From an uncultured cyanobacterium (GTDB taxonomy: Bacteria; Cyanobacteriota; Cyanobacteriia; Phormidesmidales; Phormidesmidaceae): 64,000 nucleotides of DNA. The DNA lies in NCBI GenBank assembly GCA_963793265.1, contig CAWBZI010000005.1, forward strand, positions 256,001 through 320,000, given 5' to 3'. Made by a program: the position numbers and the translations under genes. The notes beneath the pieces are model-generated. The model was not told where the DNA came from, did not search any database, and saw only the letters and a list, made by a program, of their open reading frames with translations. Below are positions 31,367 through 41,732 of the stretch, piece by piece; the stretch's first letter is position 1, and every line of letters starts with the position of its first letter.

Positions 31367-31780
31367 ATGAAAGGCTTCAAGCTCTCCGCTTTGATAGGTG
31401 CCATTGCCTGCGTATTCCCAACCGCAGCGATCGCCCAAACCACCCCTTCCGATAGCGCCTACCTCAACGACCTGTACAGCTACCTAGAAGGCGCAGACTC
31501 CATCACCTACACCATGGCCACTCAGGCAATGACGCCCGAAGACAGCGTGTGGGCCGCTCAAATGTTCTGCCAAACCTTCGACTCCGGCGTAGCCCCCGCA
31601 GATGCTTACTCTGTATATACGAACGCTGCTGTGGGCCAGGCTTCTACCTACGGCTCCAACTTTACTGAAGAAGTTGCTTACGCAGTCGGTCTATACGGCG
31701 AAGCTGTGATGAACATGGGCGCAACTCATTACTGCCCCCAGTACAAGGCTCAGGTAGAGCGAGCTTTAAGCGCTCTGTAG
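31367..31780 (+). CDS. Secreted DUF732-like protein
   Basis: Signal peptide ending AIA-Q; FC...YCP cysteine pair. Confidence 0.65.
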   Translation: MKGFKLSALIGAIACVFPTAAIAQTTPSDSAYLNDLYSYLEGADSITYTMATQAMTPEDSVWAAQMFCQTFDSGVAPADAYSVYTNAAVGQASTYGSNFTEEVAYAVGLYGEAVMNMGATHYCPQYKAQVERALSAL

Positions 31781-31861
31781 TCAGAATAATAAGAAGTCAG
31801 AGCAACGACAAGTCAAGATAATAAGAGACGCTTACAGCCTCAAAAGATAGCTGAGTAGAAC

Positions 31862-31914
31862 AACAGGTTATTGTCCCCACGTACTGAGCAACCAGGACAA
31901 TAGCCTGTTTTTTT
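31862..31914 (+). terminator. Terminator between convergent genes
   Basis: aacaggttattgtcc...ggacaatagcctgtt followed by a T-tract. Confidence 0.7.
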
Positions 31915-31919
31915 GTCTT

Positions 31920-32381
31920 TTAAACAGCAGTCTTTAGCCGAGCGTTTTGGAGAGTGCTGTTTTCTTTACGGACGCTAAACTGCCAGGCACTAGAGAACAT
32001 AAAATGAATCTGGTGGTGTAAATCTAGCTGTTTGAGATTTTCCCATTCATTTTGATCGAGCCAAACGCCGTGGCAGTGACTACAGCGGTCGAGATAAAAG
32101 CTGAGGCCGCGACCCACGCGCGCTTTTGTCATCAGGCGATTGCAGTCTGCACAAAAGTTAGCGGTGGCATTGTCAGCAACCGGCAGCAGGCGATCGCTAA
32201 GCACAACCGCCGGACGATTATGAGCTTGCTCGCGCTGTTCGTGCTCCCGGTAGTCTAGCCATTCCCAGTAGCTTTCAGAGGGAACCCAATGACCAAAGCA
32301 CTGCGTACATTGGCGAGCAAGCAGCCCAGTATCAAGGCTAACTTCGTTGAGCGAATGAGTGTGGCAAGTAGGGCATTTCAT
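31920..32381 (-). CDS. Double zf-TFIIB zinc-ribbon protein
   Basis: CPTC..CTQCFGHW and CADC..CSHCHGVWLD. Confidence 0.8.
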   Translation of the reverse strand: MKCPTCHTHSLNEVSLDTGLLARQCTQCFGHWVPSESYWEWLDYREHEQREQAHNRPAVVLSDRLLPVADNATANFCADCNRLMTKARVGRGLSFYLDRCSHCHGVWLDQNEWENLKQLDLHHQIHFMFSSAWQFSVRKENSTLQNARLKTAV

Positions 32382-32553
32382 GACAGTGCGGCTTTAGTGA
32401 CTTTTGTCTTCAGTTAAGAACGTTCCCAATTATTTCAATGGATATTGATATAGTCTTACAAACTTCACAAACTATTTTCATTTCGTCGAAAAAAGAGGGA
32501 AAACGTACGTGTTTCTACGGGATTGAGACTTTGTTGTGGCACTTGCACTCAAC

Positions 32554-33588
32554 CTAGCCAAACCCTTTCCACACGTCAGTTCCGTCTACAGCCTTCACGA
32601 TGTTCATTCCGGCTGCGGCGAACTTTTCATAAGTATCCTCTGCTGCGCTAGTGAAATCGACTACTCCAGGGACGACTACCGGCGAAGTGCAGTCTTCTAA
32701 AAGGTAGATTTTTTGGGCTAGCGTTGGATCAATCGCCTCGATTTCGCTGAGTAAATCGCTCACCGTCCAGGCGACGCAATGGCTCTTGGCCTGTCCGGCA
32801 ATGATAATGGCGTCGAAACTCAGCAGATGATGAATGAGCCGATTATTTTTTTGGGCTATGGGTTGAGCTGCCTCGTTGTTGAGAACTTCGGGCCTCAAGA
32901 CGGAGTAGTTTTCGGTGAGGGGATTGTCTCCTTTGGTTTCAAAGCGGGTTTGGCTAGCGCGGGCCATGTTGTGAAAAAAGCAGGCTTCTTCAAAAGCAGG
33001 CACCAGGGCATGACCAATGCCGCCGAGCATTGAGTGGTAGGGCCAAACGGTTAGCGGATATTTGCCGCTGTCGCTGAGCTGTTTGGCATAGTGACGAGCA
33101 AACGCTTCAATGTTGGCGATGCTGTCGTTGTTGCGCTTAGCGAGACTCTGGGCAACTACTGGATTAACACGCCATTTCTGAGCTGTTACGTCTTCAAAAG
33201 AAATCAGCGTCATGGGATCAGGGTGTTCGCCAGCGCTGTTGATCCAAAAAACGGGATGAAAGATTTGGGTGGCTGCGTGTGTGTCCATCGTCGGGACAAT
33301 CTCGGTGATAATGTCTAGGTGGCGATAGACAAACTCACATAGCCGCTGAGTGTCTTCGACTGCGCCATTGCCCGAGCGTCCGCCGACAAATAGCTCAAAA
33401 TCTGGCAGGCAAAATGTGTTTTGTACGTCGATGGCAAGCAGGCATACTTGGAAGCTGTCAGTGTGAGCAGGCGGGATATTGTTGGCTTGGGCATAGGTGC
33501 TCGCTTGGGTAGCGATCGCCTGATACGGAACCCGACGAATCTCGCCAACAGTCTTGGGATTATAAAATGCTGGAATCGGTGTAGTCAT
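32554..33588 (-). CDS. Isochorismatase/nicotinamidase-family cysteine hydrolase
   Basis: IDVQNTF, DTH, WPYH, TKG, AGQAKSHCV. Confidence 0.82.
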   Translation of the reverse strand: MTTPIPAFYNPKTVGEIRRVPYQAIATQASTYAQANNIPPAHTDSFQVCLLAIDVQNTFCLPDFELFVGGRSGNGAVEDTQRLCEFVYRHLDIITEIVPTMDTHAATQIFHPVFWINSAGEHPDPMTLISFEDVTAQKWRVNPVVAQSLAKRNNDSIANIEAFARHYAKQLSDSGKYPLTVWPYHSMLGGIGHALVPAFEEACFFHNMARASQTRFETKGDNPLTENYSVLRPEVLNNEAAQPIAQKNNRLIHHLLSFDAIIIAGQAKSHCVAWTVSDLLSEIEAIDPTLAQKIYLLEDCTSPVVVPGVVDFTSAAEDTYEKFAAAGMNIVKAVDGTDVWKGFG

Positions 33589-33643
33589 ATACGTAGGGGC
33601 GTCACAGCCGTGCGCCCTCCGGCAGGGTAAACGTCAAACAAAA

Positions 33644-34435
33644 CTAAAAGACATACGGCTGGGTATATTTCTGACAAAATGCTAGCGTTATTTCTCGCAG
33701 TGGGTCATCTAGCCTTTCAAGGGATTGTTGAGCGATCGCATCCGGCACACCCCCATAAAAAGCCTCTGCAATAGCACCGGCAATACAGGCCATCGTGTCA
33801 GTATCACCACCAAGCGAAACCGCATTACGAATTGCATCTTCAAAGCCGGTGGCTTCTAAAAAGGCAATCATGGCTTCGGGCACAGACCCCTGACAGGACA
33901 CATCAAAGCGATAGTTCGGGCGAATTCGATCGAGCGTTCGAGAAAGATCATATCCAAACGTAAATTCAATAGACGCTTTAATTAAATCTTTGTTCTTACA
34001 CTCTCTAGCAAGCAGCACCATCGCCGCCGTAGCTTCAGCACCTTTGATACCTTCAGGATGGTTATGAGTCACAGCAGCAGACTGCCGAGCGACCTTACGA
34101 ACAGTATCCATATCGCTATAGGCAAATCCTACAGGGCTTACTCTCATCGCGGAGCCATTGCCCCAACTGTTGTAGGGTTCTAACGTATCTGAAAGAGCCC
34201 ACTGGTTAAAGGTTTTGCCGTAGCCAGCGTTAGGATAGGCGCGGGCATAGCGCTTGATGCTTTGCGCGAAATCGTGAGGCTGTTCGCTTTTGAGTAGCAC
34301 GTCTGCAACAGCAACAGAAAGTACCGCGTCGTCTGTGAACTGACTCGCGGCTGAGAATAGCTCAAAGTCCTTGCTTTTGATGTGACCTCTTTCAAAAACT
34401 GAGCCAATAATATCGCCTGCGATCGCCCCTAACAT
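33644..34435 (-). CDS. ADP-ribosylglycohydrolase family protein
   Basis: GAIAGD, FTDD, GNGSAMR, GGDTDT. Confidence 0.92.
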   Translation of the reverse strand: MLGAIAGDIIGSVFERGHIKSKDFELFSAASQFTDDAVLSVAVADVLLKSEQPHDFAQSIKRYARAYPNAGYGKTFNQWALSDTLEPYNSWGNGSAMRVSPVGFAYSDMDTVRKVARQSAAVTHNHPEGIKGAEATAAMVLLARECKNKDLIKASIEFTFGYDLSRTLDRIRPNYRFDVSCQGSVPEAMIAFLEATGFEDAIRNAVSLGGDTDTMACIAGAIAEAFYGGVPDAIAQQSLERLDDPLREITLAFCQKYTQPYVF

Positions 34436-34463
34436 AAGCCGTTTTCCTCAGCTATTTTTTGAC

Positions 34464-34484
34464 TTAGTGTCAAATAAACACTAA
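34464..34484. promoter_or_regulatory. NrtR operator
   Basis: Perfect TTAGTGT-N7-ACACTAA (GT-N7-AC core) between the divergent ARH and nrtR genes. Confidence 0.85.
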
Positions 34485-34538
34485 CATACTTTTGTTATAG
34501 CTGCCTTCCCAGCATCGCGTCAAGCTCTATCACGCCTT

Positions 34539-35231
34539 ATGCCCTACACCTACGACTATCCCCGCCCTGCATTGACCGTAGACTGCGTTGTGTTTGGCTA
34601 TGAGGCGAACGCTGCGCTGAAGGTGCTGCTGATTCAGCGAAAGCTGCCGCCTTATGAAGGAAAGTGGGCGCTGCCGGGTGGGTTTGTGCAGATGGCGGAG
34701 TCGGTGGATGCGGCGGCGGTGCGAGAGCTAGCCGAGGAGACAGGCGTGGCAAATGTGTTTTTGGAGCAGCTTTATACGTTTGGGGCGGTGGGGAGAGATC
34801 CGCGTGATCGCATTGTCTCGGTCGCCTACTATGCGCTGATTAATCTGCAAAGCCATCCGGTGCAGGCGGCAAGTGATGCGAGTGACGCGCAGTGGTTTGC
34901 GCTGGCTGATTTGCCGAGTTTAGGGTTTGATCATGATGAGATTTTGAGATGTGCGATCGCCCGACTGCGCGCTAAGATTCGCTATGAACCTATCGGCTTT
35001 GAGCTATTGCCAAACGTCTTCACGCTCTCCCAACTACAAAAGCTGTATGAACAGATATTGGAGCGCGATTTAGACAAGCGGAACTTTCGTAAAAAACTGT
35101 TGAAAATGGATTTGCTGATTGATACAGGAGAGAAGGAGAAAGGCGTTTCACATCGGGCCGCACAGCTCTATGCGTTTGATACGAAAAAGTACAAATCGCT
35201 CAAGCAGCAAGGTTTCAACTTCGATCTTTAA
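34539..35231 (+). CDS. nrtR: Nudix-related transcriptional regulator
   Basis: Nudix box LPGG...RELAEETG; w[20 protein letters not shown]. Confidence 0.9.
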   Translation: MPYTYDYPRPALTVDCVVFGYEANAALKVLLIQRKLPPYEGKWALPGGFVQMAESVDAAAVRELAEETGVANVFLEQLYTFGAVGRDPRDRIVSVAYYALINLQSHPVQAASDASDAQWFALADLPSLGFDHDEILRCAIARLRAKIRYEPIGFELLPNVFTLSQLQKLYEQILERDLDKRNFRKKLLKMDLLIDTGEKEKGVSHRAAQLYAFDTKKYKSLKQQGFNFDL

Positions 35232-35344
35232 GCGCTTGATCTAGCCGCTGGTTGTTTTGTTGGCCGCTCTTGATCTAGTCTTATAGCTAAGAGGCATCAA
35301 AGCACCGAGTTGTTCTTGCTCTAGTCACGCTGAGATTTTATGTA

Positions 35345-36169
35345 ATGACACAGCATTTAGCCGCATTAACAGAAGAACTGGCGGTTTCCGACGAATTGAA
35401 GAAGCAGGCGGCTTGGGCGATCGCTGAAAAATGCAGACAGGTTTTGCTTCAAGACTTTGGTGCAGACGAGGCGATCGTGTTTGGGTCTTTGCGCGGTGAT
35501 GCACCGTGGCATCGCGATTCAGATTTGGATTTGGCAGTACGTGGCCTAGCTGAAGAGGCTCTATTAGGTGCTTATCAGCGGTTGCGGGGAATTGTCCCGA
35601 GCTGGCTACCGTTCGATCTGGTTGCGTTAGAGCGCGTAGATAAGCGGGTTCGCGATCGCATTCTCCAACTCACCCCGCTTCCTAAAAATATGTACCTGGC
35701 GCTCAAAATCCGTCTCGAAGATGAGCTAATTGCTATCGAGCAAACCATCGATACGCTTAACACGCTGCTTGAGCAAGCCGATACCATTCCTGAAATCGCT
35801 TTGATTCCAGCAGCAGCCGGTTATACAGAGGATTTTTATTCTGGCTGTGAACGGTTGGCTCAGCGAGTTGCCGTTGCTTTAGATAATGGCTTACCGGAGG
35901 GTAGAAACTGGCACGAGCAGCTATTACAGCAAATGGCGCAGCCTAGCAGACATGAGCGTCCGCCACTGTGGCCAGAATCATTGCGTGAGGACTTGGACAC
36001 ATACCGCAGTTTTCGTCACCGTGTCCGTCATCTATACAGCATTAACTTGGAGCCGCAGCGTGTTTTAGCGCTAGCGCAACAGGTGCCCGCTACATTTGAA
36101 CAAATTCAGCAGGCTGTCGAGGCATTTGGAGAATGGCTAGCGCAGAAAGCAGACTCAAGACGCTCTTAA
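35345..36169 (+). CDS. Fused MNT nucleotidyltransferase-HEPN (MntA-HepT-like) protein
   Basis: FGS...DSDLDL followed in the same frame by the HEPN motif RHRVRHLY (RX4HXY). Confidence 0.82.
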   Translation: MTQHLAALTEELAVSDELKKQAAWAIAEKCRQVLLQDFGADEAIVFGSLRGDAPWHRDSDLDLAVRGLAEEALLGAYQRLRGIVPSWLPFDLVALERVDKRVRDRILQLTPLPKNMYLALKIRLEDELIAIEQTIDTLNTLLEQADTIPEIALIPAAAGYTEDFYSGCERLAQRVAVALDNGLPEGRNWHEQLLQQMAQPSRHERPPLWPESLREDLDTYRSFRHRVRHLYSINLEPQRVLALAQQVPATFEQIQQAVEAFGEWLAQKADSRRS

Positions 36170-36521
36170 AAGTTTTAGTGACTGAGATCGTCAGCATTTT
36201 GCTTTTGACCACTAAAAAAGAACTTTTCGATAGCACTAGCAATCGGAAAGAAGAATATGAAGAAAATGGTCTGTTGGATGAGAAAACTGTTCAGCAAGCG
36301 CATTCGATAGCCTAGAAGATAAGCCAACCATCGCCCAGTTAGCTGTAAACAGCAGCAGCGTTGGATAGAATTCTTTGAGTTCTGCTTTTGATAGGTCTTC
36401 CATCAAAGCATCCTATCCAATTTAATAGAGGAATTCGTTGAGCATGAGCTAAATATAGCAAGTGGCTGCTGATGCATCATGCTATTAAAGGTTTTCTATG
36501 GCGAAGTGAGGATTGGCTACT

Positions 36522-37682
36522 ATGAGCGAGCGTAATCAGATACGGCGAGTGGGCGTAATTGGCGGGGGACAGCTAGCCTGGATGATGGCGGCGGGCGCTG
36601 AGGCAGTAGGGATCGAGCTGTGTGTGCAAACGCCGAAGGCAGACGATCCAGCCTGTGCGATCGCCTCCAAAACCTTCATAGGTGAAGTTGCTGACGTCTC
36701 AGTGACCGCAGACATGGCTGACGACTGCGATGTGATTACGTTTGAAAATGAGTTTATCGATCTCCCTGCGCTCAAGCAGCTAGCAGAGAAAGGCGTGATT
36801 TTTTATCCGCAGCTCAACTGCCTGGAGCCTTTGTTAGATAAATACGATCAAAGAGAATATTGCGATCGCCTCAACCTCCCCTCTCCCCCTTTTGCCACAC
36901 TCAACAACAAATCCGATCTCTCTCTTCTCACTGAAAAAGTAAATTCCGTCGGCCTTCCGCTAGCGCTTAAAACCCGTCGCCATGGCTATGACGGACAGGG
37001 CACCTTTATTCTTAAAACGCTCGAAGCTGTTGAAGAGACTTGGGAAGCTCTAAACTATCAGCCGATTTTGTTAGAGGCTTTTGTTGCTTTTGAAAAAGAG
37101 CTGGCCGTGATGGTGGCCAGATCTCAAGCGGGCGAAGTGGTGGTGTATCCGGTGGTAGAAACTCAGCAGGTGGAGCAGGTTTGTCGGCGGGTGATTGCCC
37201 CTGCCGATGTGGAGCGTGGGGTGGCGGAAGCGGTAAGAGCGATCGCAACTCAGCTCGTCAATAGCTTAGGCGTGGTTGGCATCTTTGGCATTGAGCTATT
37301 TCTAACCCAGTCGGGCGAGGTGCTCATCAATGAAATTGCGCCTCGCACTCACAACTCAGGGCACTACACACTAGATGCCTGCACCACCTCACAGTTTGAG
37401 CAGCAGCTAAGGGCCGTTTGCGGACTGCCTTTGGGCGCTGCTGAGCTGACGCATCCGGGGGCGGTGATGGTGAATTTGCTGGGTACTGAAGAGGCGGTGA
37501 GTGACTATGCCGAGAAGCGAAAAGCCCTAGCACAAATTCCTCACGCTGAGGTGTACTGGTATGGCAAGCAACAGTCGAGAATTGGGCGGAAAATGGGGCA
37601 TGTGACAATTCTCACGGACGCTAAGGATGACCGTGCAGCAGCGGGTGCAGTCATTCGGCAAGTAGAGCAGATATGGTACTAG
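36522..37682 (+). CDS. purK: N5-carboxyaminoimidazole ribonucleotide synthase
   Basis: GGGQLA, TFENE, GYDGQG, NEIAPRTHNSGH, RKMGH. Confidence 0.95.
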   Translation: MSERNQIRRVGVIGGGQLAWMMAAGAEAVGIELCVQTPKADDPACAIASKTFIGEVADVSVTADMADDCDVITFENEFIDLPALKQLAEKGVIFYPQLNCLEPLLDKYDQREYCDRLNLPSPPFATLNNKSDLSLLTEKVNSVGLPLALKTRRHGYDGQGTFILKTLEAVEETWEALNYQPILLEAFVAFEKELAVMVARSQAGEVVVYPVVETQQVEQVCRRVIAPADVERGVAEAVRAIATQLVNSLGVVGIFGIELFLTQSGEVLINEIAPRTHNSGHYTLDACTTSQFEQQLRAVCGLPLGAAELTHPGAVMVNLLGTEEAVSDYAEKRKALAQIPHAEVYWYGKQQSRIGRKMGHVTILTDAKDDRAAAGAVIRQVEQIWY

Positions 37683-37796
37683 CGAAAGGATGAAAGCTTG
37701 GTGAGTTTTGAATATTTGATTGAAAGGGCGAATATCCGTCATGCTTCTGTATGGATTGCCCCTTGCCGCAACCGGGTAAAGGTTCGCTATGATGAC

Positions 37797-38000
37797 GTCA
37801 GTTCTGCTACGGCGTTGGTGACTGCCAACAACGTTTTCTGATCTATGTTTTTCATTTCAAGGGTGTCAAGATGCCAGAGCAGCAGTATACCGAGCTTGCC
37901 TTCACCGGCCTGTACTCGGAAACTATAAGCTCTGGCCGCGATTCCCACCTGGCGACCCCAGGTCAAAAACTGAGGTAAGACGGCGCTGCGGTTGAACGAC
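37797..38000 (+). ncRNA. ssaA: 6S RNA (6Sa)
   Basis: Downstream of purK as is typical in cyanobacteria; 5' gtcagttctgctacggcgttg pairs with 3' cggcgctgcggttgaacgac; inner tgccagagc/gctctggc stem; -10 TATGAT at 37788. Confidence 0.85.
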
Positions 38001-38147
38001 TCAAGATCCTTGTCCTTTGGGCGAGGATTTTTTGCTGTGTGGGCTTAGTGGAAGGTTCTTTAATAGTTTTGTATCGGGCCATACATACATCGTTCAATAG
38101 CCCGCTAGCATTTTGATGAATGTAAACACAATGCCCGGTACTCATTT

Positions 38148-39428
38148 TTGAACCAGTCTGACGCTATTGCCGCGAACAACGCTATTGCCGCAAATGTAGT
38201 TCGGTTGCCAAACGGACTGACGATTATTCATCAAGAAATGCCTACGACCGCCGTGGTGGTGGATGTGTGGGTGCGGGCGGGCGCGAGCTGCGAGCCTGCC
38301 GAATGGGCCGGGATGGCTCATTTTTTGGAGCATATGGTGTTCAAGGGCACTCAAAAGATCGGCCCTGGTGAGTTTGACTGGGCGATTGAGAGTCAGGGCG
38401 GGATGACGAATGCGGCGACCAGTCATGACTACGCACACTTTTATATAACGGTGGCGGCTTCTGCGCTGCCGCAAACGCTGCCTTATTTGGCAGATTTGCT
38501 GCTGTGTGCGGCGATTCCAGCCGATGAGTTTGTGCGGGAGCGGCAGGTGGTGCTTGAAGAGATTCGGCAGGCGTATGATGATCCTGACTGGGTGGGATAT
38601 CAGGCGCTTTGTGAGCTGATGTATGGCGATCATCCCTATGGGCGGGCGGTGCTGGGGACACCGGAGATTTTGGAGGGGCGATCGCCTGAAGAAATGAGGC
38701 GGTTTCATCAGGCGCACTATCAGCCTGAAAATATGACGGTGGCGATCGCAGGTGGCATTTCCCAGACTCAGGCAACCGATCTGATCGCGCAGTCTTTCAC
38801 CCGATTTGCTGAACCCGTTTGGTGCCCGCAGGTGGAAAAAACAGCCCTGGACTTTTCACCGAGCGCCCAGGTTCACCAGCATCAAACCCTACATCTGCCG
38901 AACTTGGAGCAAAGCCGTCTGACGATGGCCTGGATGGGGCCGGGAGTCAATCAGCTTGCGGCGGCGAGTGGGCTTGATTTGGTGTCGGTGCTGCTGGGCG
39001 GCGGGCAAACATCGAGATTGATTCGTGAGCTGAGGGAGGAAAAGCAGCTTGTGCAGGATTTGGACTGTGGCTTTTCGTTGCAGCAGGACTGTAGCGTGTT
39101 GAGTGTGTCGATGTGGCTAGAGGGTGAGTATGTAGAGGCGGTGGAGAAGATTGTGTGCGATCGCCTCAAAACCCTGGCCACTGAACCGATGACCACCGCC
39201 GAACTGGCCCGTTGCAAAAGGCTTTTGCTCAACGACTACGCCTTTTCGACTGAAACGCCGGGGCAGATTGCCGGGCTGTATGGCTACTACGCGACAATTG
39301 CTGAGCCTGGGCTTGCGATCGCCTATCCCCAGCACGTCCAAGCCCACACCTGCGAGTCTATCCAACAGCTTGCGCGTGACTATCTGAGCAGCGATCGCTA
39401 CACCGCCGTTGTGCTTCAGCCTGCTTAG
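38148..39428 (+). CDS. M16 (pitrilysin) peptidase, catalytic subunit
   Basis: HFLEH inverted zincin motif; NAATS. Confidence 0.9.
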   Translation: MNQSDAIAANNAIAANVVRLPNGLTIIHQEMPTTAVVVDVWVRAGASCEPAEWAGMAHFLEHMVFKGTQKIGPGEFDWAIESQGGMTNAATSHDYAHFYITVAASALPQTLPYLADLLLCAAIPADEFVRERQVVLEEIRQAYDDPDWVGYQALCELMYGDHPYGRAVLGTPEILEGRSPEEMRRFHQAHYQPENMTVAIAGGISQTQATDLIAQSFTRFAEPVWCPQVEKTALDFSPSAQVHQHQTLHLPNLEQSRLTMAWMGPGVNQLAAASGLDLVSVLLGGGQTSRLIRELREEKQLVQDLDCGFSLQQDCSVLSVSMWLEGEYVEAVEKIVCDRLKTLATEPMTTAELARCKRLLLNDYAFSTETPGQIAGLYGYYATIAEPGLAIAYPQHVQAHTCESIQQLARDYLSSDRYTAVVLQPA

Positions 39429-39476
39429 TTGCTATACCTATGAAGGATTTGACAAAACCTTCTTAAGCACGTACCT

Positions 39477-40751
39477 GTGACCTCTTCGACCCTCGCTCAA
39501 AAGCCCGCTACGCTTCGCACCACGCTACCTAACGGGCTGACGGTGATTGCCGTTGAAAACCCAGTTGCCGACATTGTTTCATCTCGAATTTTCATCAAAG
39601 CCGGGCAGCTCAGCGAAACGATGGAAACATCGGGTCTGTTTGACTTGCTCACTGCCGTTTTTGTGAAAGGGACAAAAGCGAAAACGGCACTGGAAATCGC
39701 TGAAGTGGTTGAGTCGATAGGAGCGAGTTTGGGGGCGGATGTGGCCTCAGACTATAGCGTAGTGAGCCTGAAAACGGTGTCTGCTGACTTTGAGACGGTG
39801 CTGGCGCTGGCGGCTGAGATTTTGCGCGAGCCTAGCTTTCCACCTGAGCAGATTGAGCTAGAACGGCGGCTCATTTTGCAGGGACTTAAGTCTATGAAAG
39901 AACAGCCCTTTAGCGTGGCCTACAACCATTTGCGAGAGGCGCTGTTTGCGGGGCATCCTTACGGCCTACCACACGCGCAGTCAGAAAAGCGAATAGCGGC
40001 GTTTACCCGAGCGGATTTGCTGGCTGAGTATCAGCGGTACTTTCGGCCCGACAATATGGTGATGACCGTGGTTGGGCGCATTTCTCCAAGTTTGGCGGTG
40101 AAGCTGGCTGAACAATATTTTGGTGACTGGCAAGCGCCGAGTGAGCCGCTGCCGGTTGCGAGCTTTCCGAGTCTGACGGGGGCCGCTCAGAAAATTGTCA
40201 CTGCTCAAGAAACGAATCAGGCGTTTGTTGCCTTAGGGCATTTGGCGGCTGAGGTGAGCGATCCTGACTATGCGGCGCTGAAGCTGATGAGTACGTATTT
40301 GGGTAACGGGCTCTCTAGTCGGCTGTTTGTGGAGCTGCGGGAGAAGCGAGGGCTGGCCTATGATGTGTCGGCGTTTTATCCGACGCGGTTGGGGCGATCG
40401 CAGTTTGTTGCCTATATTGGCACCGCGCCTGAGAATGTTGGGGTTGCGATCGCTGGCCTTCAGCAGGAGCTAGACCGGCTCAAAACCACGCCGCTCACAG
40501 ATGAAGAGGTTCAGGTTTCAAAAAACAAAATGTTAGGCCAGTACGCTTTGGGCAAGCAAACCAACGGCCAAATCGCGCAAACCTTCGGCTGGTACGAAGT
40601 CCTCGGGCTCGGCATGGAATTTGACGAGGTTTTTCCTCAGCTCATCTCAGCCGTCACCATCTCAGATATCCAAGCTACCGCCCAGCGCTACTTCACCAAC
40701 CAATCCGTTTCTATCCTCGGCCCCGCCGCTGCCGTAGAGCCTCTAAGATAA
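39477..40751 (+). CDS. M16 peptidase, non-catalytic partner subunit
   Basis: M16 fold with SRLF.ELREKRGLAY; no HxxEH. Confidence 0.88.
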   Translation: MTSSTLAQKPATLRTTLPNGLTVIAVENPVADIVSSRIFIKAGQLSETMETSGLFDLLTAVFVKGTKAKTALEIAEVVESIGASLGADVASDYSVVSLKTVSADFETVLALAAEILREPSFPPEQIELERRLILQGLKSMKEQPFSVAYNHLREALFAGHPYGLPHAQSEKRIAAFTRADLLAEYQRYFRPDNMVMTVVGRISPSLAVKLAEQYFGDWQAPSEPLPVASFPSLTGAAQKIVTAQETNQAFVALGHLAAEVSDPDYAALKLMSTYLGNGLSSRLFVELREKRGLAYDVSAFYPTRLGRSQFVAYIGTAPENVGVAIAGLQQELDRLKTTPLTDEEVQVSKNKMLGQYALGKQTNGQIAQTFGWYEVLGLGMEFDEVFPQLISAVTISDIQATAQRYFTNQSVSILGPAAAVEPLR

Positions 40752-40777
40752 AGCGGTACGGTCACTTTCTCATCCTC

Positions 40778-41686
40778 ATGGCAACGACCCAATCTGCTCT
40801 CGCCATTCAGAATGCCACCTGGCAATGGCAGGGGTTCACCATCGGCTACCAGTACGCAGGCACTCACCAAACCAACGCGCCTGCCGTTGTACTCATCCAC
40901 GGCTTCGGCGCGTCGAGCATTCACTGGCGCAAAAACATCCCCGAACTCGCCAAAACCTGCCGCGTATACGCCATCGACCTTCTCGGCTACGGCAAATCCG
41001 CCAAGCCCACCCCCGGCAAGCCCCTTGACTACACCTTTGAAACCTGGGGCCAGCAGATTCGCGACTTTTGCTATGACGTAATCGGAACGCCCGCTTTTTT
41101 GATCGCAAACTCCATTGGCTGCGTGGTCGCCATGCAAGCCGCCGTAGACGATCCCGCCTGGACGCGCGGCGTGGTCATGCTCGACTGTTCTCTTCGCCTG
41201 CTGCACGACCGCAAGCGCCAAACACTGCCCTGGTATCGCAGTGCGCCTACGCCCTACATTCAAAAGGTGCTCGGCTTTAAGCCCATCATCAAACTATTTT
41301 TTGGGCAGCTTGCGAAGCCTAAAGCCGTCAAGCGAATTTTGCGTCAGGCGTACGGTCGTAAGGACGAGGTGACGGATGAGCTGGTATCGCTGCTGCTAGA
41401 GCCTGCTTTTGATGAAGGGGCGGTGGATGTGTTTTTGGCCTTTATTCGCTACTCGCAGGGCCCGATTCCTGAAGATTTGCTGCCACAGCTTCAGTGCCCA
41501 GCGCTTATTCTATGGGGCGCTGAAGACCCTTGGGAGCCGATTGAGCAGGCTCGCGCGTATGGTGACTATCCGGCGGTGGAGGAGTTTATTGAGCTAGAAG
41601 GGATAGGCCACTGTCCGCAGGATGAAGCGCCTGAGGTGGTGAATCCGATTTTGGCGAAATGGGTGGCGAGTAAGGCCAGCGCTTAA
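40778..41686 (+). CDS. Alpha/beta hydrolase
   Basis: HGFGAS, ANSIG, GHCPQDE. Confidence 0.9.
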   Translation: MATTQSALAIQNATWQWQGFTIGYQYAGTHQTNAPAVVLIHGFGASSIHWRKNIPELAKTCRVYAIDLLGYGKSAKPTPGKPLDYTFETWGQQIRDFCYDVIGTPAFLIANSIGCVVAMQAAVDDPAWTRGVVMLDCSLRLLHDRKRQTLPWYRSAPTPYIQKVLGFKPIIKLFFGQLAKPKAVKRILRQAYGRKDEVTDELVSLLLEPAFDEGAVDVFLAFIRYSQGPIPEDLLPQLQCPALILWGAEDPWEPIEQARAYGDYPAVEEFIELEGIGHCPQDEAPEVVNPILAKWVASKASA

Positions 41687-41694
41687 ATTTAGAC

Positions 41695-41732
41695 AAAAAA
41701 ATCCTCCCTGACACGGCCTGACAGGGAGGATT
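41695..41732. terminator. Hairpin terminator with the U-tract on the minus strand
   Basis: A-tract followed by aatcctccctg...cagggaggatt. Confidence 0.65.

Noticed and set aside
36133..36512. Short ORF and AT-rich stretch before purK
   Set aside because: No recognisable homology or structure; possibly a decayed fragment, but unsupported
37797..38000. tmRNA or riboswitch interpretation of the structured region
   Set aside because: No tRNA-like ends or convincing tag ORF; rod-like end pairing and the position after purK fit 6S RNA
38161..38196. 18-bp duplication at the start of the M16 peptidase
   Set aside because: Trivial in-frame slippage (DAIAAN/NAIAAN) in an unconserved N-terminus
38142..41263. 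Long antisense ORFs (38142-38717, 40688-41263 and similar ones elsewhere)
   Set aside because: They are shadows of well-supported opposite-strand genes and carry no motifs
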